Source of the DNA: Azolla caroliniana
Taxonomy: Eukaryota; Plantae; Polypodiophyta
Direction of reading: 5' to 3'
Assembly: GCA_043228905.1 (NCBI GenBank)
Contig: JBHGNT010000009.1
Span: 12,152,001 to 12,216,000 of the forward strand
DNA length: 64,000 bases
The position numbers were made by a program, and so were the translations under genes. Positions within the stretch are counted from its first letter, which is position 1, and every line of letters begins with the position of its first letter. Below, piece by piece: positions 1 to 12,450 of the stretch. The notes below the pieces were generated by a model. That model did no database searches. It had not been told where the DNA came from and saw only the letters and a list, made by a program, of their open reading frames with translations.

Positions 1-2772
1 CTATGTGATTGGAGGATCCCACTCTACTGAAGCCTGACGTCAACTGGTTAAGGAGTATCCTCTTACCCCTTTCTTCAAGTATGCAGAATGTAAAGTATAT
101 GTAGGCCTTACACATGAAGAAGCCAAGTTGTTAGCTTGGGATCATAGCAACGATAATGACTATAGACAAAAGATGTCATGTATCGAGTGCATAGTTTCTT
201 CCATCACGAGTACCTTGATGAGCTACCAAAATTTGGTCCTCGGCTGCATCTTGGATTGCGACGACAATGTCTGCTTGAAGTGGGGATAACAGTTGACTAA
301 AGCACCAAGTTTGAAGTCCTGAGGAAATATGACTCATGGTTTCAACTTGCCTTTAGAACAGTGGAGGTGTGGGACCTCCAAGATCACATTTTTAGTACGT
401 GGGAGCATAAAGAAATAAAGGGTCAAAAATCAAAGAAGGCTAAGCTCGAACTACAGGTGGAGATGAAATCTACGTCACGTAAAAGTGACTTGGTAATTGA
501 AGAGTTAGCCGAAGATATGAAGCTACTTCCTTGGATGTCACTGCAGGGAATTAAGGATGACAGATTATTGATATTTGTATTATCAAGAGTGGCCGCCAAG
601 GAGTTTAGCCTTGACCAAATGGTCGCAGAGTTACAAAAGTAAGTCATCTATGTGCATGTATCATTTTGATTTAATTGCTTTGTTGATTTGTCCTTTTTCT
701 AATTTTAGATTCATTTGTTTTTTAGCCATAAGTTGTATATGAAGATTCAAGAGTTGATGATGAAAAAATTGTCCCTGCCTACGTGGGAAGAAGTGGAGCA
801 ATCTTGCCCAAAAACATCATCTTATAAGGCTCTTTAAGAATTATTTATCGTGTTTAGAGAATGGGTATGTATGTTCTGCAAATATTAATTGATTTTTGGA
901 TAATGGGTTTCTTCTTACAAAATTTATACTTACAGAAACCACCTCGTTCAAAGCAGAATAGTGAAACCAATGAAGGCATACCTAGCGCCTTCATCACTGA
1001 TTTGGAACGAGCTAAATACGAGAAACGTATGACAAAAGGAAAGGAGCTCGAGGTGGTTGAGGACTCAGATACCGTCAAAAGCTTTTTGCACAAGTGTGAT
1101 CCTTTCCGAAAATTGTATTATAGTGTATATAATAGTGATGTGGGTAATATACTTGACATATGACCCAAGAGACATTATACATTGCTCATCGTAGATATAC
1201 CATATGGTTTCAGAATATCAGGCTCGACATACGACGATGTGACATACAAATATCCGCAAATAGAGAAGATGGTTAAGGACTTCGTAGAGTTGACCCTAGC
1301 ACCATTATGGCATATTGTTATATTTCACAGTATGGGTCAAGCGTTATTGGTTACGACTGCATTGAAGTCGAGATGCCATGCCCGAACATATGCATTGGTA
1401 AACATTCTGTTACTATATATTTAATCTGTGGAATTTATGTTGCTTACGACATATTTATTAACTTGTTTTCAAACAATTGTGCAATAGGGTTTAAACAAAC
1501 ATAACTCGGACCCTAGGTGATCGAATGGTGAGCAATGTGGAGCACATGTGCATGGGCTACTACGACGCAATTTCTAAGAAGAAGGCTCGGGTACATGTTA
1601 ATGAACGCAACGTTTTCAATTATATCGTGTGCCGAGTTGTAACAAAGAAATTGTGACACGTGCCTAGCGATAAGAGTTTAATAAACCCTTATCAAAAGCC
1701 ACATTGATTAATAAATCGATTGGTCGAGTTGTTCTCGAACCCTGATGATTGGGTTCTCGACTTGATTTTTGGAACAAGTAGATATACCATATGGTTTCAG
1801 AATATCAGGCTCAACATACGACAATGTGACATACAAATATCCGCAAATAGAGAAGATGGTTAAGGACTTCGCAGAGTTGACCCTAGCACCATTATGGCAT
1901 ATTGTTATATTTCACAGTATGGGTCGGCGTTATTGGTTATGACTACATTGAAGTCGAGATGCCATGCCACTGAACATATGCATTGGTAAACATTTTGTTA
2001 CTATATATTTAATTTGTGGAATCTATGTTGCTTATGACATATTTATTAACTTGTTTTCAAATAATTGTGCAATAGGGTTTAAACAAACATAACTCGGACC
2101 CCAGGTGATCGAATGGTGAGCAATGTGGAGCACATGTGCATGGGCTACTACGACGCAATTTCTAAGAAGAAGGCTCGGGTACATGTTAATGAATGCAACG
2201 TTGTCAATTATATTATGTGCCCAACTGTAACAAAGAAATTGCGACACGTGCCCAGCCACAGTGATTAATAAATCGATTGGTCGAGTTATTCTCGAACCCT
2301 GATGATTGGGTTCTCGACTTGATTTTTGGAACAGGTAATCACAACAGTTTCATCTAGTTTTTTAAAAATGAAATTCCATTTCTTGTCTTTTTTTCTTACT
2401 TTTGCGTGTGCCATTGTTTGTTTAGGAACGACGACTGCATGTGCTCTCAAATTGTTTAGGAACTGTGTCGCATTGGAGAAGGATCCCGACCAAGTCAACT
2501 TTATTAAGATGAGGATCCAAGGCATCTGGGATTTTCTCGACCAGGACCAAGAGGTTGGGGCAAAGCACATCAACGAAACAGAGATGTTTCAAATGGCCTC
2601 TAGAGAGCCGATGGAACCTATCGATGAGGAAGTAGGTGACCTGGTCGACCTTGAAGATGCACCGGGTTCCGAACACATACAAGATTTAACTGACGATATA
2701 GAACATGTTGATGTAGCAACACTCTCAGCTGATCTTGGAGAGCAACTTGTTCCAGACCTCCTAATGGAGTGA
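1..2772 (+). pseudogene. Spliced ParB/Srx-like domain + beta-class N6A/N4C DNA methyltransferase (N6_N4_Mtase-like), 5' end outside window, disrupted
   Basis: Manual translation across GT-AG introns (639-725, 865-935, 1398-1487, 2335-2425). N-terminal part: YVIGGSHSTEA*RQL...VYVGLTHEEAKLLAWDHSNDNDYRQKMSCIE (ParB-like). MTase motifs in beta order: SVYNSDVGNILDI*PKRHYTLLIVDIPYG (motif IV, DIPY 1194-1205), W-V-*-T-N...VEH, NPYQKP (1684-1701), LVELFSNPDDWVLDLIFGT|GTTTACALKLFRNCVALEKD (motif I/II). Acidic tail ends at TGA 2772. Several in-frame stops and frameshifts. Confidence 0.85.
1191..2334 (+). repeat. Tandem duplication of the MTase catalytic exons (copy 1 1191-1777, copy 2 1778-2334)
   Basis: GTAGATATACCATATGGTTTCAGAATATCAGGCTC starts at both 1191 and 1778. 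Copy 2 has lost the NPYQKP segment. The junction uses GTA microhomology. Confidence 0.95.
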
Positions 2773-4536
2773 TTGTATATTAGTTTGTACTTTTTACTAT
2801 ATAAAATTGTAACACTAGACTTCTTTTGGAATATAAGATTATTTTGTTTGCGTACCATTTCTTTGCACTATGTCATTGGTTTGCAAACTTTGAGTGTCTA
2901 CCATACATTTGTATTGGTATACTCGCAAAGTATGTGGTTGTTAAGTATAATGTTTGTTGAATAGATGATGGTGAACTTATCGATAGTATGACAAATGTTT
3001 GTTATAATTGTTTCTTTATTAATATAATTGAATTTAGCTTTATTCTAGGTTATTTAGATTCGAGTGTATAGAGAAATATTAACTCAACATTGGTGCTCGC
3101 TTGATCTTACATGTAGGTTGTTCATATCATACTGAGGTATAATGTTTGTAGAAGCTTTTGAGCATGAGAGGTATATAATGTGAATTCACGTGTGGATATG
3201 TTTCTAATTATACCGAAAAATGTAATTCGCTCATTTATCATAACAAACTTTATAGTTATAGAAAAATATAGCATTAAAATTGTGTTTCTAAAAATTTTGA
3301 TTTGGATTCAAATTCAACATTATGTAAAGTGAAGCATATTTTAATGATAGTTGAAATCATTCTTGTAATCAAAGTGAATGTCTGGATAAATATGTGTATG
3401 ATTTTAGAAAATATGGTTTTAACTTTGAAATCTTAATAATATTACTTGTGTTTTTATTGATGTTTTTAAAACCCATGTGCGCATGCGTGATACATTCTTG
3501 AAAGTTTGTTAAAAAATTGTAAATTTTGACATCTCATGTATTTTTCAATAAAGGAATGCAACATATTACTTGTTCTAAATGACCTAGTGTTTACAACCCA
3601 CTCCTAACAATTTATCAATTTCCTCCTTGAGCTTCAACGCATAGTTTTGGTTTATCCGATAACGTCTTTGGGCTACCAGTTTTGCGTCCGTACTAAGGTG
3701 GATCTGGTGTTGGTACAGTTTCGGATCCAACCCCACCATATCCTCGTACGACTAGGTGAATACGTCCTTAAATTATTTCAACAATCCGATCATTGCCCAC
3801 TTCTCCTCCAATGGCATCTTCTTAGCTATGTTCATCAGTCGTGGTTTCGCGATCGTTCCGAGATTGAGTTCCTCTAATGTTGATGCTTTTTATTTTATTT
3901 TAAACTTATCCTTCCATTAGTTAAAAAAACCATATCAACTACAAAATACAAAATGATGGAAAGGAGATAATTATCCTTCCCCAACCTGTCTTGTGTAAGA
4001 CACTATAGCTAGCCATGAAATCCTTCTTTTGATAGACTTGATTGAACACTTCTTCAATAGTTGAAACATACCATGAATTTGCCATATGTTCAAACCAAAT
4101 CAATCTTCCTCATCATGTTTATATTCAACATCTCCTAATACCACCTTTGGGTCATCACATGCATCCAATATACCCGCACATTTACAAATTATGACAAAGC
4201 ATCCTCTATTTTCCATATTCAACGTAAAACTCAATCAAAGCATTATGGTATAGAGGTCATTTTGTATTTCTCGATCCATGATTCCAACATGTATAGACTT
4301 GCCGTCATGTACAACCATGTGATCAACAACCACTTTAAGGGATCTCAGCCCTTCGAACAATTTATATGTATCTGATAACCTTCCACCTGTTGCCTCCAAA
4401 TCAACAATGCTTCATGACACCATCCATCACATAAAAAGAAACGGACTTCTTCCAAATGCATACATAAGAGCATCCCCCTCCACCTATTTCAATGAATCCA
4501 TCCATGTTTCAATAACAGTTAACATATCCCCATGTT

Positions 4537-7500
4537 TCATATCGGTGGAGGAAATACCCAGAGAGGTGGTTGATACCTCCAACATATACAAGAATTAACC
4601 ATGTAAAATACATTCATCCTTTCCCATGTCTTCTTAAAAACCTCTTTCTTTTGAAGGATTACATCTCAATCACCCTTGATAGCGTCATAATCTCCTTTTA
4701 GTGTATGCACCAAGGTCAACCAAATCTCCTTGATTACCTACACAACATTCCATTGAATTTGCTGAAATATCCTTCGACATCTACTAGTTCACAAAACCCA
4801 CAACTTTATGGAACTAATAGTATCTCAAACCACCCCATTTTGTATTGAATTACTATGCATACACGACAACACTTCCTCAACATATTGACCTCTTGTATGT
4901 AATGCAAAGGTAACCTTTTCTTGTTCATAATCTTGCACCTTACCCTTAATAACAGCCCACATCACTGCTCCCCATTTATATACTCTAGAGCCATATACAT
5001 CATGCAATAAACGTAATATCCTTTTCCAAACCAATTTAGCCGCCATACATGACCATAATAGGTGATGAAGTGACTCCATCTCTAATCCACAAAAATCACA
5101 CATTTTATCTGCATCCTTATAATGCATCCAAACCCTAACAGGAACCACATAATGAACAATCAGTTGTCTCAATAAAATAATCTTATTTTGAATTTGCATA
5201 GCCCATAGACATTTCCAAAATTTTGTCATAGAAATAGAATCAACATTATAAGTCAACCATGTTGTAGTTGTTGTCGGCCAATGAGGTATCCTACGTCGTA
5301 ACATCTCCCTTCCCAATCGAACCGAATATTGAAAAAACAGCTTCGGCCCAACATCGTCCCCAGAATATGAAGTAGGTAACCACTTCCATTCCCTTGGATC
5401 CCATTCCAATTCACATAATGGTTTTTTGCCCACTACCCATAGATCCCACCATGAATGAACAACATTAGGATCAGGGTCTAGGATCCAAATCTTATCTACC
5501 TTAGCTAGAATTCTAATGGGTTTTAATGTAGCCTCAACTAGACATTCATATTCTAGGGGGATCAACACTAATCGTCCATCTTGTAAAACATCATAACTCA
5601 AGAAAGAATCCTTATCTCTAAGGCCACGAACTCCAAGTAAAATTTGAAAATTTGAAAATAATCCCACGCACTTATGACAATCAGAATGTATGTTATTCAT
5701 CAAGGGTAGCTGCAATTTCCTTAACTCATCAACTATCATCTTTTCTCCTCTTATTCCTCTATATTCTTGTTGCATTTAATATTTGTAGGATTGTGAACAA
5801 AACATCACCACTTACTAAGAGATGAGGCAAAAGATGAATCCACTTGAGCCCAATTTAATCTCACTCTCCTCCCCAACATAGATCCTTCATCACCTAGAAA
5901 TAAAGGATTCCAAACCAAGGGTTGATGTAACCATTCATCCATTGAAGTGGGCAAGACTTGTTGCAAATTATCTTTCATTGACCACCAGGCTCTCTTTATC
6001 ACAACAAAGAACCTATCATTTTCAAATACTATATTATGCGAATGAAAGTTAGGAATAAACCACCATCAAAGAGACCTTGTCCATTCACCTCCATACTTTG
6101 GGAAAGCCTCTTTCATTCTTAACTGAAGAAGCATCTTCCATGGTTCATTTCTTGGTAGTAAACCTCGCACTATAAATTTTGCCAATAGTGCCTTACATTA
6201 CAGAAGAGGATCTACCAAACCTAAACCCCCTTGAGAGGTCGACGCCATAATAGTTTTCCAAGCTAACTTCAGTCTAACATTCTTAAAATCAGTAGAACCC
6301 CATAAGAAATTTCCAATCAGCCATTGTAACTTTGACAACAAAGATCTGGAGAATAACCAAGAGGACAGAATATACCACATTGAGGAGAGTAATACTTGAT
6401 TAGAAATAACTAGCCTCCCTGCCAGTGATAAACTCTTAGAACTCCAAAAGATTAATTTTTTCCTCAAAGAAATCAGTAACAGTTGAATATGAGCTTCTAG
6501 GGGAAGATTAATTCCCACTTGACACCCTAAATATCTCACTGGAAAGCCTTTTGGTATCCAACGAAATCCAACGTCTAGACACCAACTAGGAGTAAGATCT
6601 TCCCCAACCCAAAATCCCACTGACTTGTGCCAATTAATAATGGCACCTGAAGCATCATGGATCACATTTTGCACCTTACAAAGATTTCTGTCATCTCCTA
6701 CAACATACAATGATGTGTCATCTGCAAATTCACAATCTAACACAACCTTCTCCAGACCTGGCCACTGTATACCCTTAATAGATGACTTATTCTTATGCAA
6801 GAATGCACTAAAGGCTTCTCCTACGAATAGAAATAAATATGGAGCCAAAGGACATCCTTGTCTCACGGATCTAGTAATTGGAAAATTATTACCTAGTGCT
6901 CCACGAACAAGAACTCAACTAGATGCTGAAGTATATAATGCAAAAACAGCCTTAATATGATCACATGAAATACCTATACGATCCATAACCTCATATAAAA
7001 AATTCCATAACCTATACGATCCATAACCTCATATAAAAAATTCCAATCAACTCTGTCATAAGCTTTCTCAAAATCCAAAAGCAATATTGTTAAGTCTTGT
7101 TTTGTTTCTTCCGATACTGCTAGCATCTCCCAAAACATGAAAATATTATCAAAGATACTCCATTCTTGTATAAAGCCCGTTTGATTCTTATGTATAATAT
7201 GTGGAAGAAAAGGTTGCAAACGAATAGCTAATAATTTAGCATAAACTTTATATATTGTATTTAAATAAGTTATAGGCCTCCATTTCTTAATATCATCCAG
7301 CACACCTTCTACCTTTGGAATCAAATAAATCATTCCTTCATTCCACTCAATAGGCATACTTCCCAAATGAAAAACCTCTTGTAAAGCAGATGTGAAAGCA
7401 TTGGCTATATCATCCCAATGCTCTAAAAAGAATTTTGGTGATAATCCATCATTTCCTAGGCATAAATTCTTCCCAACAACCACCAGTGCATCTCTTACCT

Positions 7501-8675
7501 CTGTAGAAGAGATTTCCTTTACCAATGATTCAGCCATCTCATGTGAGACATTATGTTCCAAACAATCTTAAAAACTTTTTCTTTTTTGAATTTGTTGATC
7601 TGAAAATTGTTGGGTTCTAAGTAGATTTTTATAAAAGGTCGTGGCAATGTCTCTCATTTCATTTGTGTCATTTGTAATTGACCCATCTTCCCTTTGTAGC
7701 TATCACATACAATTACCTGAATGAACACCTTTATGATATGCGAAAAAATCAGAATTCACATTATCAGCTAATTGAGTCCACGTTGAAGCAATAGCATGAA
7801 ACTTTGTTTGAAATATCTTGTCTTCTAAACATATTAATTCATTCCTAATGTGACCCAACTCCAATTCAACCCAAGCTGCATGTGGACATTTTTCCTGAAA
7901 ATGTTGAAGAGACCTCAAAGCCCTCCTATTAGCAGCCATTCTCAACTTACATTGCTCCACAGTCTTACATACTTTCAATCTAAATTTTTTTCGAAGTACC
8001 CTGAATAGTAGAGTTGACCCTTTGCAAGACATTTACAACAGATGTATTTTGCCATTTCCACATCTGTAAAATATCATGCCTAAAGGATGTATCCAAATAG
8101 ATCCATTTCGGAATATGGCCACAACTATTGTTATGATATGGTTGTTTTCCAACCACCATAATCATAGGTGCATGATCAGAGAATAAAGAGCCTGATATAA
8201 TACCAATCTCCCCACCCTTATTGACAAAAAAATCATCAATGTATACTTTGTCCAAACGGGATAGATTTACCCCTTGTTGACTTCTATCTGAACGAGAGAA
8301 ACTTAATGAATCTTTTAACTGACCAAAAGATGTAACATGCCATGCATCTTGCAATCTGAATGATAAACATAAGCGTTACCAAGTTACCAACTCAGTTGCA
8401 CCTATCAAAGCATGAGAGGCTCCAATCCTATCACTAAAAAGCGTGATCATATTAAAATCACCTACCATACACCAATGATCCACTGACTGTAAATCCGATC
8501 CTATCTTAAACCAAAATTCCTTTCTACCCCCTCCCGAATTTGGAGCATTAAAGATCATATCACAAACTCCCACATTAAACTTATACAACTCTTGACGGAC
8601 TCTACCCTTAAATTTCTTACTAAGAGCCCATCTAAGACCTTGAACATTCCATGATAAAATTTGGAATTTATTCAT
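4537..8675 (-). pseudogene. LINE ORF2: APE endonuclease, reverse transcriptase, C-terminal zinc finger; broken
   Basis: ILSWNVQGL, VGDFN, SRLDKVY, SDHAP (EN); WRPITYLNTIYKV, LDFEKAYDRVDW, RQGCPLAPYLF, FADDT (RT); CDFCG...HLLWSC. Many stops, an internal EN deletion, and a ~38-bp duplication near 6973-7045. Confidence 0.92.
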
Positions 8676-9007
8676 AGCTTAACAAAAGTTGCTTACTAAC
8701 CTTAGTTCTCCCATCCATTGTTGACTTTTTAAAATTGCAATCCTTATTGCTAATTTTCAATCCCTTAAGGGACATCTTATTTGAGTACAAAACCGTACTA
8801 TGTTTCTTTGCATGATGCATGAATCGATTAATCATAATATTTCTATCCACTACTTTATTAAGAGTAGTATGTACAACTTCCACATTGTTTCTTGATTAAT
8901 GTGATGATTCGAATTAAACCTAGTTTCAAGATATTTTGTTTTCGACCTAATTATACGCCCCTTGTAGTTATGGGTATTCTCCCTTGATGAGTGAAAAATT
9001 TCAGCAC

Positions 9008-10165
9008 TCACAATTTGTAACAAGTTAACCTCTTCCCCAGTTTTTCCCGCATTAGAGTCTTCCTTTTGTTTTCATCATATACAACTAATGGCAAGGTTTC
9101 ATCTCCTTTCATCCCTAAACCCTCATCATCATGCATCAAGATATGATTATCCTTGGGATAAGCCTCACCCACCAAAGAGTCTAATAAATTATTATCTCTT
9201 ATGTTCATTGAAGAATTAGAAAGGTCACGATCTATAATATGGTCCATATTATTTTTATGTTTGGCAATTGAAGCTCCATCTACCTCAACCAAGATAGCAT
9301 CCCGTGGTAGTGGTTTTCCAAGATTACCAATTTGTTCAAATCTATTTCCTTTTGGCATCCATTTATTGGAAAGGTTCACATTCTTTGCAAAAGAACTTTT
9401 TCCCTTTCTCACCATAGTCCAATCCTCCTCTCCTTCGGTAGCCCCCTTTTTCTTAAATTTTTCATTACTATTTCCACGTGACTCATTCTGCCATGTACAA
9501 TCTTTTGCCATATGCCCAATTTGCCTACATTTAAAGCATTTATTTAGCAATCCAGCATATGTAATATTTTGCACTCGCACTTTGCTGCCAATCAATGGCA
9601 GCAATTGAATTGACGAGGGAAGAACCATATTACTATGACCTAACAACCTCACTATTGGTGTATTTTGATTATTTGCATTAAACCTCTCGATTTCTACATC
9701 CTCATCTATCAATTGCCCAATTGTTGATGCAATATCCTTTATTACCGGCCGCCACTCTTTGGGTAAGGCCGGGAACATAACAGAAAAAACAAACCTTCTA
9801 ACAATTGTCTCCCTCAAGTCATCTAAATCAAATCCCGAATACCATTTCAAAAATTGCATCCATACTCCTTTCATCTTAACACTACCCACTAGAAGCAATT
9901 TATCTAGCATATCAAAACTATTAAATTCAACATGGTAGCAACCCTTACCAAGAAATTGAATGTCGATTATTTGCACTAACTCACCTTGCAAATGAGCTTG
10001 TAATAAATGACGCAGCTCGGCCCGATTTGGAGGACCTCCCACAACATAGATATCGATCGAATGCTGTTGCATGCGATCCACCTCCATGTGTACCTTCTGT
10101 TCTATGTCTAGAGAGAGACAGAAGTCTACTATGAGATCTGCGACTAGAGAAGAAGCGAAGGGCAT
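9008..10165 (-). CDS. LINE ORF1 (RRM-like region + CCHC zinc knuckle), 3' part frameshifted (continues 8668-8883)
   Basis: 385-aa ORF with IQFLGKGCYHVEF and CFKCRQIGHMAKDC, located upstream of ORF2. Confidence 0.85.
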   Translation of the reverse strand: MPFASSLVADLIVDFCLSLDIEQKVHMEVDRMQQHSIDIYVVGGPPNRAELRHLLQAHLQGELVQIIDIQFLGKGCYHVEFNSFDMLDKLLLVGSVKMKGVWMQFLKWYSGFDLDDLRETIVRRFVFSVMFPALPKEWRPVIKDIASTIGQLIDEDVEIERFNANNQNTPIVRLLGHSNMVLPSSIQLLPLIGSKVRVQNITYAGLLNKCFKCRQIGHMAKDCTWQNESRGNSNEKFKKKGATEGEEDWTMVRKGKSSFAKNVNLSNKWMPKGNRFEQIGNLGKPLPRDAILVEVDGASIAKHKNNMDHIIDRDLSNSSMNIRDNNLLDSLVGEAYPKDNHILMHDDEGLGMKGDETLPLVVYDENKRKTLMREKLGKRLTCYKL

Positions 10166-12450
10166 TTCACTGGAATCCCTTCTTTATGTTGTCGCAACAC
10201 CGAACGCGCTTGTTATTTTTCCTATATCCCGAAAAGCCTTAGTTAATGTTGATGCTTTTACGCACTACAACACAACCATTTTGTTCTCGAAAGCTTCTTG
10301 CGCTTTTCTGAGTTCCCGGATAGCCTCTGGATCCGGGTCGCCAATATCTTCCTCCCGGCTATTTATATAAGGCGTGACTGCCTCGGATACATCAACCTTG
10401 AACAACAGAACTATCTTGGGAAGCTCTTCCAAGTATTGATCCACTTCCTCATCGACCAAACCGTTCAACATATTAATTCATTCTGCATATAAGGGGGTCA
10501 ACTGCTTGCTCGTACCAGCCCGTTCTTGTGTTAGTACCCAGACTTTAGTCTTGCCGCACCGAAAACTAATCATATTTCTCTGCCACTTTACTTCATATGT
10601 GTTGTCTTTAACTAGGGATGCCCTAATAGTAAAGGGTATGTAAGACTAAAGTCGAAACCTGGAACGCATGTCCTCCGAGGGTGATCACCAAATCCTAGAT
10701 AAGTCTAGTTCGCCAGACTGAAGTTGTGTCCTCCATTCACAATCAAAATGGGCATGGTTCCCATTCCCGGATCCCTAGTTCATCTCATGTTTTTCTGCTA
10801 ATTACGTTCACACCGTATCATCCATCTATAATCATGATGGGTACTTCTTTTCATTTAATAATCATCGTCACCACCGGATTGTTTGCGTTCACCACCGTTA
10901 GCCCCTCACTTAGGTTTGTGAAATATGTTGGTGCCGCTGCTGGTTTTGGTAGCATCGGTGCCATTTTAAGACCTTGGTGAACCGGGGCACCAATTGTAGT
11001 AGTCGGCCAAGTGGCAAAATGATTTGCCACTGTGTGAGCGCCCGCCATGATGGGTCTTCTTTTGTTATGCTAGTTTCCTCATCCGATTGTTTTTCTTATT
11101 CTTGTTGCATATTGTCGATATTCTGTTGATTGGCTTGTTGCACCCATTCCATGGTTGCTTTTCAGATCGATTCTTGTACCTCCCATTCAGTAGTTTTTCC
11201 TTTGGACCGGGTTGTGACCTACTGCACATCCATGACTTGGGCTATCACCATATTGACCGCCGGTTGTTTTTCGTTCAGCTTGACCAGGCATTGCTTGCTA
11301 TAGTGTCCTTCTTAATGGCAAAAATAGCAATATATTTTCCGGCACCCGCTCGATTCGCCTTTTTCTTTGCCTGTCGGTTGCATTCTGGGGGCCATCCGAT
11401 TGATTTCCTTTGGTCTTTGTTGCTCTGGCAATGCTACTGCTTAGTTTATGTCCGACTCCCGGCACTCATTTCTTCGATTGAAATTCCCACATCAATGGTT
11501 TTCATTGCGGTGTTGGTTATGGTAACCTTGCCTATTCTGGTATCATCGTTCTGCTCCTCTCCTCCGGTCATATTCCAGAGAGTAATCCCTCTCATATCAG
11601 TCCCAGAAGTACTCTTCTCTTCTTTGTTCATCGTACCGGTATCGTCCTTCTCATCTATATCGGTCCTCTCTCCGGTACTGATCATCTTCTGGCCTCTATT
11701 CGTCCTGGGGCTCTATCTACCTTACCGGTGTCGTGTGATTCTTCACACACAATTTGAAATATAATGAAATAATTATTTTAGATTAATTTAATGGTTGGGT
11801 ATGAAAAGATGGAAGTCTTCAAGAGCTTCCAAACACATTTTTCTACGTATGAAACAGACAACTACGTATCAAGTTATGTGTGTATGAAGCTAGAGAAAAA
11901 GAGGAATAAAACTGTAAGATATCCCACATAAGTAGGAAAACATCGGATCCAGCAGTATATAAGCAGACCCAGAACCCATCAGTTCATATTTCGGCGTTTG
12001 GAGCATGGTCCGAACTGCTCGGAATGGTTGGGAACGGTCAGAACGACCGAATTGCTCGGAACAATCAGAATGGCCGAACTACTCGGAACGATCGGAATGG
12101 CCGAGGTGTTTTGTAGTGCACGAGCCGAATTATACGGATGGTAGGAGCATGCAACTAAACATGGAGGCCATGGAACTGAAGTAAATGCCATGTGGGACGC
12201 ATGAAACTGAGATGGAGAGGCAAACTGAAGCTCCTTCATGCAAGTGCAGATATCATCGAGTAAAGAAAAACCCAGAATATTGGGGGGGAAGAGGAGAATT
12301 TTAGAGTTAATTCATAAAACATAAACACATGACTCTGGTATCCTCTGGTCGAAGGCCCTGGAGTCTTGCCTCAAGTTCACGTATCTTTGTCGTATTTTCA
12401 CGACATCTTTGGTGAACCCGATGTGAAACGAGGCGGCAGGAGGATATCTA

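Larger units (their letters stand above)
3891..10243 (-). mobile_element. L1-clade LINE, near full length, degenerate
   Basis: 16-bp TSD TAATGTTGATGCTTTT at 3875-3890 and 10244-10259. A-rich 3' tail at 3891-3901. ORF1 and ORF2 remnants present. Removing the element rejoins the host Gypsy pol frame (VKASTLEELNLGT). Confidence 0.93.

Noticed and set aside
2326-2772. 148-aa ORF with an apparent signal peptide or transmembrane N-terminus
   Set aside because: The hydrophobic start is translated T-rich intron (2335-2425); the real exon begins at 2426.
1-2772. Bacterial or phage contamination as the source of the MTase
   Set aside because: Four phase-consistent spliceosomal introns, stops consistent with C>T decay, and direct continuity with plant retroelements argue for nuclear residence.
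3584-3588. Helitron 3' end (CTAG|T)
   Set aside because: No GC-rich hairpin just upstream. Kept only as a weaker alternative to a CACTA-type terminus.
11087-11764. 225-aa hydrophobic membrane-protein-like ORF (env candidate)
   Set aside because: It is the antisense of the purine-rich minus-strand gag and crosses an LTR boundary.
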